From contig OZ252103.1 in NCBI GenBank assembly GCA_965248395.1, positions 3,127,493-3,191,492 of the forward strand: DNA of 64,000 bases. The letters are read 5' to 3'. Origin of the DNA: a bacterium (GTDB lineage: Bacteria; JAAXHH01). The notes beneath the pieces are model-generated. The model saw only the letters and a program-made list of their open reading frames with translations. It was not told where the DNA came from and searched no databases. Both the position numbers and the translations under genes were made by a program. Below are positions 9,920-19,051 of the stretch, one piece after another; the stretch's first letter is position 1; every line of letters begins with the position of its first letter.

Positions 9920-10952
9920 TCAGGCCAAAGTCGTCGCCATCACCCAGAAAGGCTTGTCTCCCACGGCATAATCCCGGATCGGATGCAGGCTTCCGTCGGA
10001 CTGGTCGACACGGTATGCCGTCATCACGCCGGCGGCCTCTCCCGCGCAGTAGAGGTACCGTCCATCGGGGTCGATATTGAAGGACCGCGGACTGGCGGGA
10101 ACGGACACATGTCCGAACGCGCTCAACGATCCGTCATCGGCCACGTTGAAGCCCACGATACTGTCGTGTCCACGGTTTGACGCATAGGCCCATTTTCCGT
10201 TCCGGTGCACCTCCACGTGAGCGGTAAACCCGCCTTCCTCGTAGCCGTCGGGCAGCGTGGAGACATTCTGGAATATCGTCAGAGTTCCGCTTGCGTTGTC
10301 GAAGCGGTGCGCCGTCACCGTATTGCCCTGTTCATTGACGATGTACGCCACGTCGCCCTTCGGCCTTAAGCAGATATGGCGCGGCCCCGTCTCGTCGTCC
10401 GGGGGCGTCACGATCGCGGGATCATTCGGGGGTAAGCAAACCCGTCGCCGCGTCGAAACGAAACTGGCTGGTCTTGTTGGTGGGACAGACGTGGGGAACG
10501 ATCACGTACCGGTCATCGACCGCCATGAGGACCCCATGGGCCTTTTCACCGGTGTCGATGTACTGAACCAGGTCGCCGATCGATCCGTCTTCTCCCAGGC
10601 TGTGCACGGTGATGCCGCCCCCGCCGTAGTAGACGGTGAGCAGGAAACGGCCCTTCCGGTCGGTAACGAGATGGGCGGGAATGCCGATGCCGGTATCCAC
10701 CTTGTTGATCAGGGTCAGTTCGCCGGACCCGGTGTCCAGCCGAAAGGCCGCGAGCGTGGTGGATTCCACGTGCGCGTTGTACATCATATCACCGGACGGG
10801 TGGAGGCACAGCGCCCCCGAAGGACCGTGGGCGTCGCTGGTTGCACGCAGAATCAGGGAACCCGGCTCGCTGTCCTGGTCGTAAACCTTCACCTGTTCAT
10901 CGCCGGTTAACGAAACGAAAACAACAGTTCGGCTCTCCGGGGAAACAGCCAT
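9920..10952 (-). pseudogene. Lactonase-family 7-bladed beta-propeller protein (6-phosphogluconolactonase-like), interrupted by a frameshift in a G5/C5 homopolymer near 10428-10432
   Basis: Two adjacent same-strand ORFs (10422..10952 and 9920..10411) are in different frames. They encode the N- and C-terminal halves of one lactonase (..FRFDAATGLLTPE | ..PNDPAIVTPPDDETGPRHICLRP..GKWAYASNRGHDSIVGFNV..). My translation is continuous across the junction after a 1-nt shift. Confidence 0.6.
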
Positions 10953-11114
10953 GGTCGTTTAGACCTCCTCTTTATTACTTAGATGACAACCTTATTGATA
11001 AGACTCTAAAATAAACTCCGAGGTTGCAGCCTCAAAGTGTATTTTGAAGTTTACATTTATCGTCTCGTTAATCGCAGCACATTCCCGACAGACCCAATGG
11101 AAGGGGTTTGATCA

Positions 11115-12260
11115 TTGCGAATCATGATCATCGCCGGTGAAGCATCGGGCGAGATGCACGGCGCCGGCGTGGTGGCCGCGCTCAAGGCGAGGCGGCCGGA
11201 AATCGATGTATTCGGGATCGGCGGCGACCGCATGGAACGGGCTGGATGCGCGTTGCTCTACCATATCGAACGGTTTTCCGTCATGGGCATCACCGAGGTC
11301 GTGCGGCACCTGCCTTTCATTCGACGGGTTCTGCGCCGCCTGGACGGTCTCCTCGAATCCCGCCGCCCCGACCTGCTGATCCTCATCGACTACCCCGACT
11401 TCAACCTGAGGCTGGCCCGCAAGGCGCGTAAACGAGGCATACCGGTCATGTATTACATCAGTCCCCAGGTCTGGGCCTGGAGGGCGCGACGGATCCATAC
11501 CATCGTCAGGCTCGTCGACTGCATGGCCGTGGTTTTTCCCTTTGAAGTGGAATTGTATGAGAAAGCGGGGGGGAAAGTGGTCTTCGTCGGTCATCCGCTG
11601 CTGGAAGTGCTGGAGAGCCGGCAGAACAAGGCCGAATTCTGCGCGGACGCAGGCCTGGATCCCGACCGGCCGATCGTGGGCATGCTGCCGGGCAGCCGGA
11701 CCCTGGAAATGGAGAGAATGCTTCCCGCGATGGTGAGTACCCTGAAGACGGTGCAACGAGACCTGCCCGGGGTCCAGGGAGTCATCGGCCTGGCTCCCAC
11801 CGTCTCCCGTACCGACCTGGCAGCGCATCTCGAAGGAAACGCGAAAGAAGTCCCCGTGGTAGAAAGCAGTACCTACGAAGTAATGAATCACGCCGACCTG
11901 TTGCTGGTCACCTCGGGAACCGCTACCCTGGAGTCGGCCTGTTTCGGCACCCCCTTACTGGTCCTTTACCGCATGTCCCGCTTGTCCTGGTGGATCGCCC
12001 GGCGCCTGGTCAACATTCCGGATATCGGCCTGGTGAACGTGGTGGCCGGCCGTCGCGTCGCGCCGGAGTTTCTCCAGGACGAAGTCGAACCCAATGTGCT
12101 GGCACCCGTGGTCCTCGATCTGCTAAGGGAACCGGAGAAGCGGCGGACCATGACCCGAGAACTGCGAGAAGTAAAGGCCCGGCTGGGCACGCCGGGCGCC
12201 TCGTCGCGCGTCGCCGAACTCGCACTGGACATGGCGGACGGGAAGGGCAGAGAACCATGA
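11115..12260 (+). CDS. lpxB: Lipid-A-disaccharide synthase
   Basis: Full-length collinear match to LpxB motifs: IIAGEASGEMHGA, PDFNLRLARKARKRGIPVMYYISPQVWAWR, LPGSR..E, TSGTATLESACFGTPLLVLYR. Confidence 0.9.
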   Translation: MRIMIIAGEASGEMHGAGVVAALKARRPEIDVFGIGGDRMERAGCALLYHIERFSVMGITEVVRHLPFIRRVLRRLDGLLESRRPDLLILIDYPDFNLRLARKARKRGIPVMYYISPQVWAWRARRIHTIVRLVDCMAVVFPFEVELYEKAGGKVVFVGHPLLEVLESRQNKAEFCADAGLDPDRPIVGMLPGSRTLEMERMLPAMVSTLKTVQRDLPGVQGVIGLAPTVSRTDLAAHLEGNAKEVPVVESSTYEVMNHADLLLVTSGTATLESACFGTPLLVLYRMSRLSWWIARRLVNIPDIGLVNVVAGRRVAPEFLQDEVEPNVLAPVVLDLLREPEKRRTMTRELREVKARLGTPGASSRVAELALDMADGKGREP

Positions 12261-12913
12261 GCCGGGAAGGAACCATGCATTCCCTGGCTGGCATACTGGG
12301 TGCCGGCGCCGTCAATCTTCTGGGTCGAACGCTCTCCATCCGCCTGATCGGGACGGAACACCATGCACGAGCCCGGGAAAACGGTCAAAACGTCCTGTAT
12401 GCATTCTGGCACGAAGGATTGCTGCTGGCCACCTACGCATTCCGCAACCAGGACGTAAGGGTACTGGTCAGCGAGCACAGGGACGGCGAATACATTGCCC
12501 GGACCATTGAGCGGATGGGATATACGACCACCCGCGGTTCGTCCACCCGGGGGGGTACCCGCGCCTTGTTCCGCATGGCGGCAGCGGGCGCGGCCGGCGA
12601 CGACCTGGGGGTGACCGTAGACGGCCCCCGGGGTCCGCGTTTCCAGGTTAAACCAGGAGTTCTGTTCATGGCCTGCAGATCCGGCCTTCCCATCGTTCCT
12701 TTCGCGGCCGCTTCCCATAGGCCCTTTGTGCTTTCGAGTTGGGACCGGTTCATGATTCCGCGGCCCTTTTCCGCCGCGGCCATTGCCTTCGGTGCACCAC
12801 TGCTGGTCCCCGGCGATACACCGGTCGAACGCCTCGAACCGTACCGGGAACAGCTCCAGCACCGCCTGCTGAGCGCCCGGGACGCCGCCGAACGAAGCCT
12901 GGTTAATCCCTGA
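12257..12913 (+). CDS. DUF374 / lysophospholipid-acyltransferase-like protein (commonly encoded next to waaA)
   Basis: The ATG overlaps the lpxB stop (ATGA). It is 218 aa, and the motif YAFWHEGLLLA...SEHRDGEYIARTIERMGYTTTRGSS matches the DUF374 family. Confidence 0.65.
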   Translation: MSREGTMHSLAGILGAGAVNLLGRTLSIRLIGTEHHARARENGQNVLYAFWHEGLLLATYAFRNQDVRVLVSEHRDGEYIARTIERMGYTTTRGSSTRGGTRALFRMAAAGAAGDDLGVTVDGPRGPRFQVKPGVLFMACRSGLPIVPFAAASHRPFVLSSWDRFMIPRPFSAAAIAFGAPLLVPGDTPVERLEPYREQLQHRLLSARDAAERSLVNP

Positions 12914-12988
12914 ACGCCACGTACATTCCGGACGCCGCCGAACAGGCCGGCCAGACACTTGAAGCCGACGTTCCGACAGACTCCTGAC

Positions 12989-15379
12989 ATGATCTTTATC
13001 TACACGCTGCTTTTCTCCGTTCTCACAGTCCTGCTCTCCCCGGTCCTGGCCTGCCTGGCACTCGTGGACCGGTGGGGGATGCGCCAGAGACTCGGCCTGC
13101 GACCTCTTGTCAACGACAACGAAATGCGACCCGTAGTCTGGTTCCACTGCGCTTCCGTGGGCGAGGCCACGGGCATGGCGGCCGTGATCGGACGGTTTGC
13201 GCAATGTCATCCCGGATTCGCGGTGCTGGTGACCACCATGACGGAGACCGGCCTGGCCTATGTGAGGCAACATGTACCGCAGGCCCACGCTTACGGCCTG
13301 GCGCCGCTCGACGCGCCGTTCATCGTTCGCCGCGTGATCGGACGGGTCCGGCCCCGCGCGCTGATTCTCCTCGAAGGGGAACTCTGGCCGTCTCTGCTGA
13401 AGGCGGCGACAGCCCACGATTGCCCCGTGGTCCTGGTCAACGGACGCATGTCGGACCGGAGTCTCGAGCGGAACCGTTACGTGAAACCGCTGTTCAGGGG
13501 TATGCTGCGGATGCTGACAGCCGTGGGGGTCCAGCACGCGCTCGACGGTGAGCGGTATATCGCCTTCGGCGCGGATCCGGAGCGGGTGAGGGTCACGGGA
13601 AACGTCAAATTCGACCTCGCCGCTGAAATGGAGGGGCCGCCGCGGGAGCAGTTGCGACATGACCTCGGCCTTTCTGAGTCCGCGCCGGTGATCATGGCGG
13701 GGTGCCCCAGGCCCGTGGAAGAGGAACACGCGGTCCTGGCAGCCTTCACCCAGGTGCGGGAACGGTATCCCGAGGTGAAATTGATCTGGGCGCCACGGCA
13801 TCTCCATCGCATACCGAAGGTAGAGGAGATGTTGAGGGGGGCGGGACTCGCGTACACCTACCGTACACGGACGGGCACGCAGGATCCCGTGCATACGGAC
13901 GTGATCATCCTGGACACCATGGGCGAACTTTCGGCCATGTACGCCGCCGCGGACATGGCCTTCGTAGGCGCCACGCTGGTTCCACTCGGAGGTCACAATG
14001 TGCTGGAACCCGCGGCTTGCGGCATACCTGTGCTGTTCGGTCCCCATACCGAGAACGTCCGCGCGAGTGCGTCGGCCCTGCTTCGAACCGGGGGAGGTAT
14101 TGTCGTTCACGACGGTGCCGAACTCGCACGGGCATGGCTGGAACTGCTGGACAACCCGCGGAAGAGGGCGCAAGCAGGCGAAGCCGCCGCCCGGGCCGTG
14201 CAAATAAGCCTGAAATCCGTGGACCGCACCCTGGACCTGGTCGACAATTGGATCCTGGATCCGAAACATTCCGGGCCTGGACCGTTGAACTGCCTCGGAG
14301 GATCTCCCTTCTATGCCCGGATTCTGGACCCGGACGAGCGCAGCCTGGCCATTCGATTCGTGCGATGTACGCTCCTTCCCCTGTCCCTGCTGCTGAACAT
14401 ACTGGTCCGGCTGCGCAACGGGCTGTACGACAAGGAGCTGCTCGTTCCGGACCGGCTTCCGGTCCCGGTAATCAGCGTCGGCAGCTTGACCGTCGGCGGC
14501 GCGGGGAAGACGCCCGTCGTGCGGTACCTTGCCCGCCGACTCAAGGATGCCGGCTACAGGCCCGCGGTGCTGAGCCGGGGTTATGGCAGAAAAACCACGG
14601 CGACGCTCCCGGCAGCGCCGGACGCCACCTGGCGGGATGTGGGCGACGAACCGTCCTTTCTCGCCTCCATGCTTCCGGATGTGCCGGTGGTCGTCGGCGC
14701 CAGCCGCACCTCGGCGGGACGGCTGGCCATCGAGCGGTACGACGCAAACGTGCTGCTGCTGGACGACGGGTTCCAGCACCGGAAGACCAGCCGCATGGTG
14801 GACATCGTGGTACATGACGCATCCAGCCGGTCAAATCCGTGGCGCCTGCTCCCCGCGGGTCCCTTTCGGGAACCGCTTTCCTCGCTTCGGCGCGCCCAAG
14901 CGTTCGTGCTGACCAGGACGGACCAGGACCGATCCACCGATCTGGACGCAGCACGCTTTCAGGCCCGGTTCCCCCACCTGGCCGTGATCAGGACCGTCTA
15001 CGTGCCCACCGGACTGAGACGACTATCCGGCGATAGGCCTTTGACCCTGGAATGGCTGGTCGACCGCGACGTACTCGTCCTCTGTGGGATCGCCAATCCC
15101 ACCTCCTTCGCGCAAACGGTCACGGACGCCGGCGGCCGCGTGCAGCGGGTCCTGGCGTACCCGGATCACCACCCCTTCTCCCGGTCGGACCTGGACCGGG
15201 CGATGTCCCTGGTGGAAGAAACGGACGTGGCATGGATCGTCACGACGGAAAAAGACGCCGTTCGTGTTCCGGGGCACGCCATCAGGAACCACCTGGTAGT
15301 ACTGGATATCTCGCTCAGGCTTACCTCGGGTGAACACGCGCTTGGAGATTTACTTTCTAGGCTGGACGCCATGAATTGA
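12989..15379 (+). CDS. waaA-lpxK: Fusion protein: 3-deoxy-D-manno-octulosonic acid (Kdo) transferase (WaaA/KdtA) N-terminal, about 430 aa, joined to tetraacyldisaccharide 4'-kinase (LpxK) C-terminal, about 360 aa
   Basis: The N-terminal part matches KdtA (HCASVGEATGMAAVIGRF, VTTMTETG, LLEGELWPSLL, DTMGEL..YAAADMAFVGATLVPLGGHNVLEPAACGIPVLFGPH). The C-terminal part matches LpxK (PVISVGSLTVGGAGKTPVV, LSRGYGRKT, LLDDGFQH, LLPAGPFREP, IVTTEKDAVR). A linker of about 17 aa joins them with no stop. A TTG start at 12959 is also possible. Confidence 0.8.
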   Translation: MIFIYTLLFSVLTVLLSPVLACLALVDRWGMRQRLGLRPLVNDNEMRPVVWFHCASVGEATGMAAVIGRFAQCHPGFAVLVTTMTETGLAYVRQHVPQAHAYGLAPLDAPFIVRRVIGRVRPRALILLEGELWPSLLKAATAHDCPVVLVNGRMSDRSLERNRYVKPLFRGMLRMLTAVGVQHALDGERYIAFGADPERVRVTGNVKFDLAAEMEGPPREQLRHDLGLSESAPVIMAGCPRPVEEEHAVLAAFTQVRERYPEVKLIWAPRHLHRIPKVEEMLRGAGLAYTYRTRTGTQDPVHTDVIILDTMGELSAMYAAADMAFVGATLVPLGGHNVLEPAACGIPVLFGPHTENVRASASALLRTGGGIVVHDGAELARAWLELLDNPRKRAQAGEAAARAVQISLKSVDRTLDLVDNWILDPKHSGPGPLNCLGGSPFYARILDPDERSLAIRFVRCTLLPLSLLLNILVRLRNGLYDKELLVPDRLPVPVISVGSLTVGGAGKTPVVRYLARRLKDAGYRPAVLSRGYGRKTTATLPAAPDATWRDVGDEPSFLASMLPDVPVVVGASRTSAGRLAIERYDANVLLLDDGFQHRKTSRMVDIVVHDASSRSNPWRLLPAGPFREPLSSLRRAQAFVLTRTDQDRSTDLDAARFQARFPHLAVIRTVYVPTGLRRLSGDRPLTLEWLVDRDVLVLCGIANPTSFAQTVTDAGGRVQRVLAYPDHHPFSRSDLDRAMSLVEETDVAWIVTTEKDAVRVPGHAIRNHLVVLDISLRLTSGEHALGDLLSRLDAMN

Positions 15380-15450
15380 ATAGGCTATATTATGTAGCCT
15401 GTTCATTACATGCATGACACTCGGCTTTTCATACCTCTGAAGCCCGTTCC

Positions 15451-16992
15451 ATGGCTAACTCAAACTGGATTGCCATACTCGACTTCGGCGCGCAATACAC
15501 GCAGCTGATCGCGCGGCGCATAAGGGAAAGCCACGTTTACTGCGAGGTGCTTCCATACGATACGCCGATGTCAAAGTTATCGGAACGGCACGTTTCCGGC
15601 ATTGTCCTGTCGGGCGGTCCGGCCAGCGTGTACGGGGAAGGAGCGCCCCATCCTGATCCCCGCATATTCGAAACGGGTGTGCCGATCCTGGGCATCTGCT
15701 ACGGCTTGCAGTTGATGGGGCATTACCACGAAGGCGAGGTCTCCCACGCCGGAACCCGGGAATACGGCAGCGCGGGTATCCGGACGGCGGGCGAGACCCC
15801 CCTGTTCCGCGATCTGCCCGAACGAATGACGGTCTGGATGAGCCACGGCGACGAACTCAAGGCGCCTCCACCGGAATTCGACGTCATCGCCCGTTCCGAC
15901 AACGGACATATCGCTGCTGTCGTTCAACCCGAACGGCGGATTTACGGCGTTCAGTTCCATCCGGAAGTGGTGCACACAGTCCAGGGCCGTGAGATCCTGG
16001 AGAACTTCGTTTTTTCCATTTGCGGCTGTGAAGGAAGCTGGACACCCCGGACCTTTGTCGACGACGCCCTTGCCTCCATCCGGGAGACGGTGGGAGAGCG
16101 CCGGGTGGCCTGCTTCGCTAGCGGCGGCGTGGATTCCTCGGTTGTTGCGGCGCTGATCGGCAGGGCCATCGGGGATCGGCTGACCTGCATCTTCGTGGAC
16201 ACGGGCATGCTCAGGAAGGACGAGGCCAAACAGGTCGAAGAGACTTACCGCCGGACCATCAACGCCCGTTTCCGATTCGTTGACGCATCGGACAGGTTTC
16301 TGAACCGGCTTAAGGGCGTGGAGGAACCGGAACAGAAGCGCCGGATCATCGGTGACGAGTTTATCCGGGTGCTCGAAACAGAACTGACATCTCTGCGCGG
16401 CGTTCGCATCCTGGCCCAGGGCACGCTCTACCCCGACGTGATCGAAAGCGCCTCCGTGAAGGGACCGGCCAGTACCATCAAGACCCATCACAACGTCGGC
16501 GGACTGCCGGACGACCTGGAACTGGAACTGCTGGAACCGGTTCGAAGTCTTTTCAAGGACGAGGTGCGCACCGTAGGACGGGAACTCGGCCTGCCGGACG
16601 AAATCATCGACCGGCATCCCTTCCCCGGACCCGGACTGGGCATCCGAGTGCTGGGAGAAGTTACCCGGGAACGCGTGTCCATGCTGCAGGATGCGGACAA
16701 GATATTCATCGACGAGCTGCGCAAGGCCGGCCTGTACGACGATGTTTCCCAGGCGCTGGCCGTACTTCTGCCCGTCAAGACCGTCGGTGTGATGGGCGAC
16801 ACCCGCACCTACGAAAGCGTCATCGCCCTCCGGGCGGTAACCACGCTCGACTTCATGACAGCCGACTGGGCGCGTCTGCCCACCGAGTTCCTGGCGTACG
16901 TGTCGAATCGCATCATCAACGAAGTAAGAGGCGTAAACCGCGTGGTCTACGACCTCAGTTCCAAGCCACCCGGCACCATCGAATGGGAATAA
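15451..16992 (+). CDS. guaA: GMP synthase (glutamine-hydrolysing)
   Basis: It has the class-I GATase domain (ILDFGAQYTQLIARRIRE..GICYGLQL..HPEV), the ATP-PPase SGGVDSSV motif and the GMP synthase C-terminal dimerisation domain. 513 aa. Confidence 0.9.
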   Translation: MANSNWIAILDFGAQYTQLIARRIRESHVYCEVLPYDTPMSKLSERHVSGIVLSGGPASVYGEGAPHPDPRIFETGVPILGICYGLQLMGHYHEGEVSHAGTREYGSAGIRTAGETPLFRDLPERMTVWMSHGDELKAPPPEFDVIARSDNGHIAAVVQPERRIYGVQFHPEVVHTVQGREILENFVFSICGCEGSWTPRTFVDDALASIRETVGERRVACFASGGVDSSVVAALIGRAIGDRLTCIFVDTGMLRKDEAKQVEETYRRTINARFRFVDASDRFLNRLKGVEEPEQKRRIIGDEFIRVLETELTSLRGVRILAQGTLYPDVIESASVKGPASTIKTHHNVGGLPDDLELELLEPVRSLFKDEVRTVGRELGLPDEIIDRHPFPGPGLGIRVLGEVTRERVSMLQDADKIFIDELRKAGLYDDVSQALAVLLPVKTVGVMGDTRTYESVIALRAVTTLDFMTADWARLPTEFLAYVSNRIINEVRGVNRVVYDLSSKPPGTIEWE

Positions 16993-16996
16993 CCAG

Positions 16997-19024
16997 GTGA
17001 TCTTCCAGGAATACCTCGCCGCCCTGCCCATGGGCGATCTGAAATCAATCGCCTTTACGCTCGGTGTGCAACCCGGCATGATCTCACGCGCCCGGTTGAT
17101 CCGGCAAATAACGGACCAGACCTTCCAGCTCGGATCCATCGATCAATGCTTGGATGATCTGACCGAAGAAGGGCGAGAGATCCTCCTGGCCGTGCTGTCA
17201 GCGGGAGAAACGGGGCGGATTTACGATACGAGAAAGCCTGGCAACGCCGGGTTTATCGATCAACTCCACGAACTTTTAACCCGGGGACTCGTGATCGGAC
17301 GCCGCCGCGCGTACCGTACCGTCGACTTCGTCGTGCCGGAAGACACCCGCGACATGCTTATCCGCTACTACACGGAACGGTTGGCTGGTTTCTTCTCGAC
17401 GGAGGCCGCGAAAACAGAGGAAGATGAAAGCCGGGATCTCACCGTCGTCCGGAACGTCTTTTCCCTCGTCAATGGATTGCGTCACAACCCGGCACGGCTT
17501 ACGGACCGGGGCAAACCGTATAAAAGAGCACTCGATTCCATGGTGCAACGGCAGGAATCCGAGACGAATGGATTACCGGATTCGGAGAATAACATCACGG
17601 AACAGATGCGCTTCGTCATGGATTATTCGCGTTGGCGCGGACTGACACGCGAAGAGGACGGACGCCTCCGTGCCGCTACCGAATTCGAAACCTGGTTAAA
17701 GCTGTCCACCTCGGAAAAACTCGAGGACCTGATGTCCTTCTGGCATGCGCGGGAACGGGCGCGATCCCCCGCGGTTTCCGCGCTGCCAGGCATCCTGCAG
17801 CTGTGCGTGGGATTCGACCAGGTGGATCTGGAACAGATCATGCGATTCGTGCTGAACTGTTCGTCTCCTCACATTCGGACAGATTCGTTCAGCGAACATG
17901 ACCGGAACGAAGTCCTCGCCGCGCTGCGTGAACTGGAATGGATCGGACTCCTTCGCCAGTATGCAGACAAAAACGGAACCGGCGCCGGCCTGGTGATCAC
18001 GCCGGCCGGCAGACACGTATTCGGCGGGCAAAGCTGGTCCGACGAGCAGGCCTGGAGCACTCGGTTTATCGTACAGCCCACATTCGAAATCATCACGCCA
18101 CGGGACCTGGAACTGCTCATCCGGGAAAAACTCGAGCGATTCGCCGACCTCGTCAAGGTCGATCTCACGCTGACCTACCACGTTACGCGCAATACCATCT
18201 ACCGGGCGGCCAATTCCGATATGTCGGGTGGCGAAGTCGTCGATTTCCTGACGGACCATTCCGAAAAAGACATACCACAGAACGTCGCTTACTCGATTCA
18301 GTCCTGGGGAGACGCGTACGGGCAGGTGTATTTCATGGACGCTTTTCTCCTGCGGACCACCACTGCCGAGATCGCGAGCCACATCAAGGCACACGGAGAA
18401 CTGGCGCCGTACATCCGCGGCGAGGTGGCTCCCAACGCGCTGATCGTGGAGCGTAAACGGTACCGGGAACTGATGGATCTTCTGCAGAAGCAGGGCTACA
18501 TGCCGAAATCCGAGGTCGTCGGACCTGCGGAATCGGCTTCCGACCGTAGTTCAGGAGAAAGGGGTCTGACCGGCGAAGCGGGTAATGGACCGGCAGGACC
18601 ACGCCAACGAATCAGTCCTTCCGTGAAAGAAGAGCAGAAGCGTACATCCGCTTCACCCGATCAGAAACCCGTGCTCGGCTTCGGAGATTGTCTTCCGGGC
18701 TACCAACTGCATAAAGGTTCGGGTGGGACTGACAGCAACGCACCGCACTTCGAGCAGGCTGCCAATCTGCAGTACCTGTCTCCCAAACACACGGAAGAAC
18801 TTCTGGAAATGGCGGTAAAAAACGACCACCGGGCCGTCATCGACTACTATCTGGGCAACCGGAGCCGCAGCTTCCTGCACCGGATCCAACCCGTGCGGAT
18901 CGAAAGGACACGGGGCACGCCCTACGTCGAGGCGCATCGCATGCCGGAGGGCGACGTGCAGGCCTTCAAGATCGCGAACATCAGGGCGATCCGGATCGTC
19001 TACGAAAACGACGAGAACGAATAG
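16997..19024 (+). CDS. Hypothetical 675-aa protein with an XPB-N-terminal-like helicase-associated domain and a possible C-terminal WYL-like domain. There is no helicase motor.
   Basis: The central region (FIVQPTFEIITPRDLELL ... TLTYHVTRNTIYRAANSDMSGGEVVDFL ... IPQNVAYSIQSWGDAYGQVYFMD) resembles the helicase-associated domain found N-terminal to XPB-type helicases. The C-terminus (..RSFLHRIQPVRIERTRGTPYVEAHRMPEGDVQAFKIANIRAIRIV) resembles a WYL-type beta-barrel tail. The assignment rests on recalled motifs only. Confidence 0.5.
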   Translation: MIFQEYLAALPMGDLKSIAFTLGVQPGMISRARLIRQITDQTFQLGSIDQCLDDLTEEGREILLAVLSAGETGRIYDTRKPGNAGFIDQLHELLTRGLVIGRRRAYRTVDFVVPEDTRDMLIRYYTERLAGFFSTEAAKTEEDESRDLTVVRNVFSLVNGLRHNPARLTDRGKPYKRALDSMVQRQESETNGLPDSENNITEQMRFVMDYSRWRGLTREEDGRLRAATEFETWLKLSTSEKLEDLMSFWHARERARSPAVSALPGILQLCVGFDQVDLEQIMRFVLNCSSPHIRTDSFSEHDRNEVLAALRELEWIGLLRQYADKNGTGAGLVITPAGRHVFGGQSWSDEQAWSTRFIVQPTFEIITPRDLELLIREKLERFADLVKVDLTLTYHVTRNTIYRAANSDMSGGEVVDFLTDHSEKDIPQNVAYSIQSWGDAYGQVYFMDAFLLRTTTAEIASHIKAHGELAPYIRGEVAPNALIVERKRYRELMDLLQKQGYMPKSEVVGPAESASDRSSGERGLTGEAGNGPAGPRQRISPSVKEEQKRTSASPDQKPVLGFGDCLPGYQLHKGSGGTDSNAPHFEQAANLQYLSPKHTEELLEMAVKNDHRAVIDYYLGNRSRSFLHRIQPVRIERTRGTPYVEAHRMPEGDVQAFKIANIRAIRIVYENDENE

Positions 19025-19051
19025 GAGTGGATTCCGACGAGCGGAGGGGCC

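Noticed and set aside
11966-14815. 949-aa ORF on the minus strand spanning the lpxB - DUF374 - waaA::lpxK region
   Set aside because: It is antisense to three genes whose products show full-length, motif-level matches to LpxB, DUF374, KdtA and LpxK. Long antisense ORFs are expected in DNA of about 65% GC. The product is low-complexity, rich in R, G, P and A.
15577-17139. 520-aa antisense ORF over guaA, and similar long antisense ORFs (1441..2481, 3056..3835, 23117..24280, 25636..26586, 26964..28256, 47750..48820, 48807..49811, 60474..62156)
   Set aside because: Each overlaps a sense-strand gene with clear conserved motifs (guaA, M23, SBP, smc, the BamD-like gene, rimO, the sigma54 activators, purL). 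They have no recognisable motifs and GC-rich, codon-biased low-complexity sequence. They are treated as frame shadows.
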